Assembly (NCBI GenBank): GCA_963675495.1
Contig: OY776215.1
Coordinates: forward strand, 1,408,001-1,472,000
From: an uncultured Methanolobus sp.
Lineage (GTDB): Archaea; Halobacteriota; Methanosarcinia; Methanosarcinales; Methanosarcinaceae
Length of the DNA stretch: 64,000 nt
Direction: 5' to 3'
A model generated the notes under the pieces. It ran no database searches. It had not been told where the DNA came from and was given only the letters and a program-made list of their open reading frames with translations. Each line of letters begins with the position of its first letter. Position 1 is the stretch's first letter. The position numbers were made by a program, and so were the translations under genes. Below are positions 42,967 through 51,361 of the stretch, in pieces.

Positions 42967-43055
42967 TCATAATTCTATTCACTTAAATTTCGCAATGAAG
43001 AGCTTTGTTTTTGTGATTTAGAGCTGACTACCAAGGATTCATTTTTACTGTCAGT

Positions 43056-43111
43056 GAGGTGTTGAGCGAAGCGAATCACCTCGTTTCGCGCTCCAGATGC
43101 GTAATCTGGAG
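43056..43111. repeat. twin GC-rich hairpin (REP-like) element
   Basis: GAGGTG..GCGAAGC..CACCTC and CTCCAGAT-GCGTA-ATCTGGAG in an AT-rich context. Confidence 0.5.
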
Positions 43112-43521
43112 TATGCAGAAGCATGATCTGGCTTCCTTAGCCCATATGATTTTTCTGATAACGATTTTAAATTATTCTATTTTCATATATCATGCAGAGA
43201 CATTGAACCTGATCCTTTACTTTTTCTCACACAATTTCAAATCTAAAAGCAATGTAAATTCAACAACATGCAATATATTTTTTATTTAGTAAAAAGTCTA
43301 ATATTATTATATATATATACAGCCATAATAATTATGAAATAACTACCCAGGTTTCCATTCACAAACTTCCAAACAAAAAAAGAGATGTTGGCGATGACAA
43401 AAAATGAATATCTGCTACGAAATGCATTCAAGCATTTCATTAATTCAAATGTTGAAGCAACAACATGTATTGACACCTGGCCATGCCAGAAAAAACAGAA
43501 TCATGCATGTGAGGTAATGCT

Positions 43522-45636
43522 ATGAAATATGCAATCCTATTAATCCTGCTTTTGAATATATTTGTAGTATCAGCGTGTGCTGCTCCGGTTTCCGAGTTTA
43601 CTTCCAATGTGACTTTCGGATCATTCCCACTTGCTGTTTCTTTCACTGATCTTTCTGCCAACAGTCCCACCGGATGGGCATGGTACTTTGGTGACGAGGA
43701 TATGTCCGGTTCATGGACCGAGATGAATTCCAGTGCCGGTTGGTCTGGAAGATCATATCATAGCAGTGTTGCACTACCTGATGGTAGCATTGTGTTAATG
43801 GGAGGCTATGCTGCATCTAACGATGTGTGGCGTTCTGTAGACAACGGATCTACCTGGACTGAGATGAATTCCAGTGCTGGCTGGTCTGCAAGATATGCGC
43901 ATAGCAGTGTTGCACTTCCTGATGGAAGTATTGTATTAATGGGCGGGATTGATGCTTCTTTCAATTACAAGAACGATGTATGGCGTTCCACTGATAATGG
44001 TGCTACATGGACTGAGATGAATTCCAGCGCCGACTGGTCTGCAAGAGAAAGCTTTAGAAGTGTTGCACTTCCTGATGGAAGTATTGTTCTGATGGGAGGC
44101 TATGATGGTTCATCTAAGAACGATGTATGGCGCTCTGTAGACAACGGATCTACATGGACTGAGATGAATTCCAGTGCTGGCTGGTCTGCAAGATATGCGC
44201 ATAGCAGTGTTGCACTTCCTGATGGTAGTATTGTGTTAATGGGCGGTATTGATGCTTCTTTCAATTACAAGAACGATGTATGGCGTTCCACAGATAACGG
44301 TGCTACATGGACTGAGATGAATTCCAGCGCCGACTGGTCTGCAAGACACTCTCACACTAGTGTTGCACTTCCTGATGGTAGTATTGTGTTAATGGGCGGC
44401 CTTGATGGAAGTCTAAAGAACGATGTATGGCATTCCACAGATAACGGTGCTACATGGACTGAGATGAATTCCAGCGCCGACTGGTCTGCAAGACACTGCC
44501 TTAGTAGTGTTGCACTTCCTGATGGCAATATCATAATAATGGGCGGCTTGTTTAAAAACGATGTATGGCGCATCAACACAGCCGGATCCAATGGACAGAA
44601 CCCAACGCATACGTATACTCAGGAAGGAACGTATAAGGTAACTTTGAATGCATTCAATGCCGCTGGAAGCAATGCCAACACCAAAGCTTCTTACATCACA
44701 GCTCCTGTTGCTCCGGTTGCCAATTTCACAGCTGATGTAACTTCAGGAACAGCACCTTTGAGTGTTTCTTTCAATGACACTTCCACCAATTCTCCAACTT
44801 CATGGTTGTGGGATTTCGGTGACGGAGCTACTTCCACAGTTCAAAACGCAACGCACACATATACAACTGCAGGCACTTATAACGTCAGTTTAACTGCGAC
44901 AAATGTCGGAGGAAATAATACTAGCATGCAGATAGAACGCATCACTGTGAATCCCGGCAGTTCTGAAAGCTCCAGTCCCAGTAGCTCAGGAACCCGTGTA
45001 TCAGTCAGTCAGGGTCAGGACCCTGAGATAGTTACGGCTACAGTTTCATCTATAATGCATGTCACCGGTGGATCAGGAGTTAACTATGAATTCTCTGACA
45101 GAGACACTCCAGTTGTTAGTATAAGCTTTGATGCAAAGAACGATGAAGGTCTGGTTGTTTCCAAAGTTCAGGTTCTGTCAGAATCGCCTAAAGGCATACC
45201 TTCCCCTTCAGGCACTTACTATCAGTTGATGAGCATAGATGTAGGAAATGAAGGTACAATCTCAACAGAAAATGCTGACAATGTTCTCATCCGTTTCAAA
45301 GTGAGCAGGGAATGGATAGAAGATAACGACATTGATGTATCCACCATACGCATGACAATGTATCATGGCGAGCAGTGGCAGGATCTTCCAACCACTCAGG
45401 TAATTGATGATGGTGAGATAATCTACTTCATCGCTGAAACCCCCGGCTTCTCAATATTCTCCATTGTAGGAGACGAGATGGCCGAGACAGACAATGAAGA
45501 CGAACCCGTGGTGACAGAAGAAACGGTTGAGATTGAAACAGAAGAGCTGGTTGCAGAACAAACTCCTGGCTTTGGTTCATTCTCTGCAACCGGTGTACTG
45601 CTGTCAGCATTTGTCTTTTACAGAAGGAAGGATTAA
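43522..45636 (+). CDS. cell-surface protein: signal peptide, Kelch/BNR-like 6-repeat propeller, PKD domains, PGF-pre-PGF domain, PGF-CTERM anchor
   Basis: Repeats WTEMNSSA.WSAR..HSSVALPDGSIVLMGG...NDVWRS.DNG.TW; PKD WLWDFGDG; AETPGFSIFSI; TPGF + TM + RRKD. Confidence 0.9.
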   Translation: MKYAILLILLLNIFVVSACAAPVSEFTSNVTFGSFPLAVSFTDLSANSPTGWAWYFGDEDMSGSWTEMNSSAGWSGRSYHSSVALPDGSIVLMGGYAASNDVWRSVDNGSTWTEMNSSAGWSARYAHSSVALPDGSIVLMGGIDASFNYKNDVWRSTDNGATWTEMNSSADWSARESFRSVALPDGSIVLMGGYDGSSKNDVWRSVDNGSTWTEMNSSAGWSARYAHSSVALPDGSIVLMGGIDASFNYKNDVWRSTDNGATWTEMNSSADWSARHSHTSVALPDGSIVLMGGLDGSLKNDVWHSTDNGATWTEMNSSADWSARHCLSSVALPDGNIIIMGGLFKNDVWRINTAGSNGQNPTHTYTQEGTYKVTLNAFNAAGSNANTKASYITAPVAPVANFTADVTSGTAPLSVSFNDTSTNSPTSWLWDFGDGATSTVQNATHTYTTAGTYNVSLTATNVGGNNTSMQIERITVNPGSSESSSPSSSGTRVSVSQGQDPEIVTATVSSIMHVTGGSGVNYEFSDRDTPVVSISFDAKNDEGLVVSKVQVLSESPKGIPSPSGTYYQLMSIDVGNEGTISTENADNVLIRFKVSREWIEDNDIDVSTIRMTMYHGEQWQDLPTTQVIDDGEIIYFIAETPGFSIFSIVGDEMAETDNEDEPVVTEETVEIETEELVAEQTPGFGSFSATGVLLSAFVFYRRKD
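43714..44580 (+). repeat. intragenic tandem repeats, 6 units of 141-153 bp
   Basis: Unit starts at 43714, 43855, 44008, 44155, 44308, 44455; units 2 and 4 nearly identical (300-bp period). Confidence 0.9.
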
Positions 45637-45687
45637 TAGTGATCCTTCTAACCTTCTTTTTTTTGGTTTTCTGAAGTCACTCGGATT

Positions 45688-45951
45688 TTACACCAATTTA
45701 TTATCAAAGAAAGAACTCAGAGGGCTTTGATAATTCTGTTTTGTTTGTTCAGATATTTCTCTGAGATGCAACCATTCATAGAATGCAACCTTAGAAGTAT
45801 TCCAAAAATCATTGAGGCATCTATCCTGTATAAGATCAGTAGTAGTTCCAAATGTTTGACTCGGCATTCCGAAAGAAGAAATTGTTGCATTTTCGACATC
45901 ATGAAGCTTCACACGGCAGAGGTAGGGTGTTCGAATCTCCCCGGGCCCATC
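45688..45951 (-). pseudogene. truncated integrase-like fragment read antisense through the att copy
   Basis: Frame DGPGEIRTPYLCRVKLH...FWNTSKVAFYEWLHLREISEQTKQNYQSPLSSFF..*; resembles the N-terminal helical part of archaeal tyrosine integrases; no catalytic domain. Confidence 0.5.
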
Positions 45952-45953
45952 AT
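45907..45953 (+). repeat. attR-like duplicate of the tRNA-Val 3' half
   Basis: CTTCACACGGCAGAGGTAGGGTGTTCGAATCTCCCCGGGCCCATCAT. Confidence 0.9.
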
Positions 45954-46002
45954 GCTTATTTTGTGATTCTAAAAGTGCTGAAAGCTGCTTCTCTACAATC
46001 CC

Positions 46003-46852
46003 ATGAAACTGAGATTTAATCTGATTCTGACCTTAATCCTTATAAACCTTGCATTAGCAGGCTGTATTGAAATAGAAAGTGAAAACATACAGCATGAACC
46101 TTCAATATACAACAAAAGTACAAATTGCAATGTTAGTAATTTTTCAATTGTTGATTCACCGGTAAACTATGTTTCTGTCAATGGTGTTGAGATAGGGTAT
46201 CGGGAATTAGGATCAGGGGAACCCCTGTTGATGATCATGCCATTTGCCACGAAAATGGATATGTGTAATACTTCTTTTGTAAAACAGCTATCCAGTAGCT
46301 ACAGAGTTATCCTCTTTGATAACCGGGGAATGGGATATTCATCTGACAATAACGAACCGCTCTCAATATCACTATTATTCAACGATACTGCATGCCTGAT
46401 GGATACACCCGGACTGGATTCTGCATATATATTCGGCTCATCCATGGGATCGGTAATTGCTCAGGAATTGGCTCTTGCCCACCCTGATAAAGTGAACCGT
46501 CTGATCCTTTCATCAACAACCCATAGCCTTGATGCCACAGAGGCAACGATTCTGAAGAACAAACTTCAATACTGTTCTACAGACCCTGATACAGACCTCA
46601 TTCTCAGAAAGTATGCGCAAGTAAATCTGAAGTGGAATGGCACATATGAGTGTCTGCCTGAAATTCAAAATAAAGTCCTGCTTCTACCAGCCAACGAGGA
46701 TGTGCTTACCACACCAGACATTTCCATCAAAATGGCAGAAAAAAATTCCTGATACAAAACTTGTCCTATTTGATGGGGGAGGCTATTTGGGGGAGCAGTA
46801 CCTGACTGAAGAATATGCAAACGAAATACTGTTGTTTCTGGCATCAGAATAG
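46003..46852 (+). pseudogene. alpha/beta hydrolase lipoprotein, frameshifted
   Basis: LAGC lipobox, FDNRGMG, GSSMG nucleophile; A7 run at 46739-46745 shifts the frame, and the C-terminus KIPDTKLVLFDGGGY... lies in another frame. Confidence 0.75.
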
Positions 46853-46878
46853 TCAGATAAAATAAGGATCTTAATATG

Positions 46879-48696
46879 TTATCCTGATTCCTGCGTTGAC
46901 CCTAGCGGAATCGAAAAAACAAACATGCTCCCCTTACCAACCTCACTCTCAACCCATATCCTGCCATCATGAAGCTCAACAAATTTCTTAACAAGAGCAA
47001 GGCCAAGACCCGTTCCAGAATGTTCATGTGTGAGATACGAATTTAATTGCCTGAAAGGCTGGAAGAGTTTTTCAACATCCTCTTCAGAAATACCAATTCC
47101 TGTGTCCTTTACACTGACCTGAACCATGTCCCCTGCACATCGTGCATTTATCGTCACTGAACCTTTGTTAGAAGTGAATTTAATAGCATTGCTTACAAGG
47201 TTATACAGTATCTGTTTGAACTTTGTTTTGTCGGCACTGATTCTTTCAAGTTGTTGATCAACCTCAACATCCACCTGAATATTCTTTTTCATGGCAAGAG
47301 GATTTATTAGTGATTTTACCTCGTCAATAGCACCAGAAACGGAGAAAAGTTCATACATAAACTCCATTTTTCCAGCTTCTACTTTTGAGAGGTCAAGTAT
47401 GTCATTTATAAGCTTGAGTAAATGTTTGCCAGCCTGAGAAATATGAGTTACATACTGTGTTTGCCTGCCATTCAGACTGCCAAAGGTTTCATCGAGCAAT
47501 ATATCTGAAAAACCTATAACTGATGTTAATGGAGTTCTTAGTTCATGGCTCATGTTGGCCATGAATTCATCCTTACTTTGGTTTGCAGCCTCGGCAATGA
47601 TCTTGGCATGTAGCAGCGCGTCTTCCGCTAGCTTACGCTCAGTAATATCCTCAATAGTTCCTATGACCGCATTTTTTTCAGCATAGTACTCTGCAACAGA
47701 ATGAACATCACGTATAGCACCATCTATTACTCTTTTTACCTTAAACTGAACGTTGTATGGCACCTGATATCTAATGAGATTTTTTAGAGCATCATCCAGC
47801 ATTGGTCGATAATCAGGCAACGGTACTTTTTGTACTTCAAAAATTGTGAAATTTTTTTCATCCAGCCCATATATCCTGAGAGCTTCCTCAGAAGTAGCAA
47901 CTTTACCGGAATTCAGATCAATCACCCAACTTCCAATATGCCCTATTTTTTGCGCAGTTCGCAGTTGCATTTCCCTGGTTTTTAGCTCCTCTTCCGCCAG
48001 CTTACGCTCAGTAATGTCATGGATAACAGAATACAATAGATTTTGTGAATTTACCATGACCGGGCTGCTGTATACTTCAACATCACGGATTTCCCCGTTT
48101 GCGAGCATGTGCTTGAAAATGAAGTAATTTCTCTTTTCGTTTACAGCAACTTTCATCTCGGCCTGCACTTTTTCCAGGGACATGGTATTAATATCATGGA
48201 TGTTCATGCGCGTGAGTTCTTCCAGTGACCAACCATAGTATTCACACGCTGCAATATTAGCGTCAATTATATCTGAACTTTCAGGGTCGATCAACAACAT
48301 GACTGCCTTATTATATTTAAATAAAGACCTGTAAGTATTCCCTTTATCCAATAAGAATTTATCAGTATGGTTAAGAGCAGTAATGTCCTTTAAAATAAAG
48401 ATGAAAGACGGCTCGGGACATTCTATATATGTAGCGCTTACTTCCAGATCAAGAAGTTGGCCATCTTTTGTATGATGACTAATCTCAAAGTGACCTTTGC
48501 TTCTTTCTATGACATCAGGGAAATCATCAATAAGAGCATGCGCGGAAACACCTGCATCAAGGTCTTTCAACATCATCCCAAGAAGTTCATCTTTCGTATA
48601 CCCACTAAGATGACAGTATGCATCATTTGCCTCCAGTATTTGCCCACTGGCAGATATACGCAAATAAGCATCAAATACAGATACTTTTGAATTCAT
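46879..48696 (-). CDS. PAS-domain sensor histidine kinase
   Basis: Three PAS/PAC regions; MSHELRTPL; NLVSNAIKFT, DTGIGI, GTGLGL. Confidence 0.93.
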   Translation of the reverse strand: MNSKVSVFDAYLRISASGQILEANDAYCHLSGYTKDELLGMMLKDLDAGVSAHALIDDFPDVIERSKGHFEISHHTKDGQLLDLEVSATYIECPEPSFIFILKDITALNHTDKFLLDKGNTYRSLFKYNKAVMLLIDPESSDIIDANIAACEYYGWSLEELTRMNIHDINTMSLEKVQAEMKVAVNEKRNYFIFKHMLANGEIRDVEVYSSPVMVNSQNLLYSVIHDITERKLAEEELKTREMQLRTAQKIGHIGSWVIDLNSGKVATSEEALRIYGLDEKNFTIFEVQKVPLPDYRPMLDDALKNLIRYQVPYNVQFKVKRVIDGAIRDVHSVAEYYAEKNAVIGTIEDITERKLAEDALLHAKIIAEAANQSKDEFMANMSHELRTPLTSVIGFSDILLDETFGSLNGRQTQYVTHISQAGKHLLKLINDILDLSKVEAGKMEFMYELFSVSGAIDEVKSLINPLAMKKNIQVDVEVDQQLERISADKTKFKQILYNLVSNAIKFTSNKGSVTINARCAGDMVQVSVKDTGIGISEEDVEKLFQPFRQLNSYLTHEHSGTGLGLALVKKFVELHDGRIWVESEVGKGSMFVFSIPLGSTQESG

Positions 48697-49084
48697 GATT
48701 ATCTTATTTGGAACATATGCATATTTTTCATTATCTGACGCTTATTTTCCATTTGAAACACTCAATTTCATAATGATATGCGATTTTGACAAAATAATAC
48801 CCAATAAAGCCAAAATGACAATAGAGACAATTAAAGCAATTATGAATACCTATATAAGGATTTTTAAGATTTTCATTTTATGTAAGAATAATGGCATGCC
48901 ATAGTAAATTAAATATGCTTTTGTGGAACAGATGTGAATCTAATAAAACAAACGACATAATGAAATATAGAGATATGTCTAAGAATATAGTCATTGAGTG
49001 TGAAAAAATAGCAAGCTACACACAAAATACAATCAGTTAAAACAATAAGGTCATATTTATTTAAAAAACAGAGAGGATTAAAGA

Positions 49085-49318
49085 TTAATCCTCTAAACTA
49101 AAATGCCACGGACAATCGTCTTCGGCCTTGTTCTGAATTAAAGCCTTGTACTGAATTTCCGGCATAAATTCCTCTTTGTAATGAGGAAGGTCTGCACTTG
49201 CATATTTAGGGAAGACAAGAGAAACTTCCTTCTGATAGGTGGCTCCATCCGGGCTCAAACTCACACGGAACAGAATCTCAGGCCTGTTCCCATTTTTAAC
49301 AAGATCCGTACTACTCAT
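49085..49318 (-). CDS. hypothetical protein
   Basis: GGAGTGA SD before ATG 49318; 77-aa open frame. Confidence 0.55.
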   Translation of the reverse strand: MSSTDLVKNGNRPEILFRVSLSPDGATYQKEVSLVFPKYASADLPHYKEEFMPEIQYKALIQNKAEDDCPWHFSLED

Positions 49319-49559
49319 ATCATTCACTCCTTTCAATTAAAATTCATTCTATTTTATGAACATGTTTTCGAATCTAACTCTCTGACATACATCAGGGATG
49401 AAAGATCACGAAAACATATCCAAACTCACCATATAACACATAAACAATAACAAATATAAACTAATTGGTTTACAATAATATGCTTTATAGCTAACTTAAG
49501 TTTACATCGATCAGCATCTTGGTCCAAAAAAATATATCATATCAAACAAACCTACCTCC

Positions 49560-50072
49560 ATGACCCTTCTATCTAAAAATGAGCTCAGAGCCATGATCAG
49601 CAGTGAGATACCACTTGTTGAGAAAATGACAGACATTGAGACACAGCTTCAACCAAACAGCGTAGAACTCACACTCAAGAACATAGAAACATACACCGGA
49701 GCAGGAGCTGTGGATTTTGACAACAGTGAAAGAGAAACACCTTCAACAGAACCAATGGATTTTGATGAAAATGGATGGGCACACCTTGCACAAGGCACAT
49801 ACAAGATCACATTCAACGAAATAGTGAACATTCCCCTTGATCTTGCAGCTATCGCAAGGCCAAGGTCTACCCTACTCAGGTGCGGAGCCAATATTGGAAC
49901 GGCGGTATGGGATTCAGGATACAGAGGCAGAAGCGAATCGATGCTCGTAGTACATAATCCACATGGTTTCAAGCTTAAAAGGAATGCCAGGGTAATGCAA
50001 CTGTTATTCTTTAACCTTCATAGCGAACTTACGGAAGGATATTGTGGTAAATACCAGCATGAGAACCTGTGA
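49560..50072 (+). CDS. archaeal dUTPase (dCTP deaminase-like fold)
   Basis: QLQPNSVEL, ARPRSTLLRCG, AVWDSGYRG, RVMQL, Y.GKYQ. Confidence 0.85.
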   Translation: MTLLSKNELRAMISSEIPLVEKMTDIETQLQPNSVELTLKNIETYTGAGAVDFDNSERETPSTEPMDFDENGWAHLAQGTYKITFNEIVNIPLDLAAIARPRSTLLRCGANIGTAVWDSGYRGRSESMLVVHNPHGFKLKRNARVMQLLFFNLHSELTEGYCGKYQHENL

Positions 50073-50126
50073 CATTGTCCCCAGGTTCACGTTAGAATTA
50101 TCTATAATTAAAGCAATCACCCAAGC

Positions 50127-50915
50127 ATGAGTGAAATTGGCAAATCTGTCAGGATGGAAAGGATATTCGACCGCAATACAGGTAATACCATAATAATTCC
50201 CTTGGACCACGGTGTTGGCGCCGGGCCTATCAGAGGTATAATTGATCTGCCTACCACTGTTAACAAAGTTGCAGATGGCGGAGCAAATGCAGTTCTGGGA
50301 CACATGGGCCTCCCTAAACACGGACATCGAGGATACGGGAAGGACATAGGACTTATTATACACTTGTCAGCATCAACATCCCTTGGACCGGACCCAAATC
50401 ATAAGGTCATTGTCACAACGATCGAAGAGGCCATTAAAGTAGGAGCTGACGCAGTGTCCATCCACGTGAACGTAGGTGCCGAGGATGAAGCAGAAATGCT
50501 CCAGGACATGGGATTTGTTGCCCGTCAGTGCGATGACTGGGGAATCCCATTGCTAGCTATGATGTACCCAAGAGGTGCAAAAGTAACTTCCGAACACGAT
50601 GTAGAGTACGTCAAACATGCAGCCAGAATCGGGGCAGAGCTTGGAGCTGACATCGTAAAGACAAATTATACAGGTGACATAGACTCATTCAAGGAAGTTG
50701 TCAATGGTTGTCCTGTACCAGTGGTCATTGCAGGTGGTCCAAGAATGGATACTGAAAAAGAGCTTCTTGAAATGGTATATGACTCACTCCAAGCTGGAGG
50801 AAAGGGCGTTGCTATAGGCAGGAACGTGTTCCAGTCAGATAACCCTACAAAGCTTGTAGCAGATATTTCAAAAATTGCACACAAAGGAATGACAGTAGAA
50901 GAAGCACTCGAATAA
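50127..50915 (+). CDS. second ADH synthase / class I aldolase paralog
   Basis: [30 protein letters not shown]; closely similar to 31368-32165. Confidence 0.9.
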   Translation: MSEIGKSVRMERIFDRNTGNTIIIPLDHGVGAGPIRGIIDLPTTVNKVADGGANAVLGHMGLPKHGHRGYGKDIGLIIHLSASTSLGPDPNHKVIVTTIEEAIKVGADAVSIHVNVGAEDEAEMLQDMGFVARQCDDWGIPLLAMMYPRGAKVTSEHDVEYVKHAARIGAELGADIVKTNYTGDIDSFKEVVNGCPVPVVIAGGPRMDTEKELLEMVYDSLQAGGKGVAIGRNVFQSDNPTKLVADISKIAHKGMTVEEALE

Positions 50916-51079
50916 GAGTGAACTTTTATTTTTAATATTCCAGTGGAAACAAAGGGGTTTTGTTTGTTTCCCACCTATACCTTTTTTTTACATCAGTATT
51001 ATAAAAATCCATAGCCAGCCTAGTATGATCAAGAAATCACCACAGATAAAGAACAGAAACTACGTCTAAATTACAGGAT

Positions 51080-51190
51080 AAAAATAATACAAAAGGATAG
51101 GAAGAGCAAGGTCAGTGTTGAAATGACCAATTGAATCATATAAGATGGTGGTACGATATGATATGATTTGATTATATTCGACCTTGCTCA
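51080..51190 (-). ncRNA. candidate stem-loop small RNA
   Basis: 10-bp IR GAGCAAGGTC/GACCTTGCTC, inner IR AATCATAT/ATATGATT, upstream TATA-like box and downstream U-rich tail on the minus strand. Confidence 0.4.
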
Positions 51191-51361
51191 ATCATAAAAT
51201 GTATGAACATGCATATAATATTAATGAACCTAGTTTGGAGATATTACGACATGATTCTACTATTTATGAGCATCATGTTTTCAAAGTACTTTCGTTACTA
51301 TTAAATGCAATGGGCATATCGAGAGATTCATAATAATCATTTACAATTTAGAGGATATTCT

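Larger units (their letters stand above)
42924..45953. mobile_element. decayed tRNA-Val-integrated element (mini genomic island)
   Basis: 47-bp direct repeat of the tRNA 3' half at 42924-42970 and 45907-45953 (one mismatch); integrase-like stub at the right end. Confidence 0.8.

Noticed and set aside
43282-43476. 64-aa minus-strand ORF inside the island
   Set aside because: AT-rich promoter region of the surface-protein gene; no SD or recognisable motif
43714-44580. Tandem repeats as a CRISPR array or DGR target
   Set aside because: Units are 141-153 bp in-frame coding repeats; differences are not adenine-specific; no cas or reverse transcriptase gene in the window
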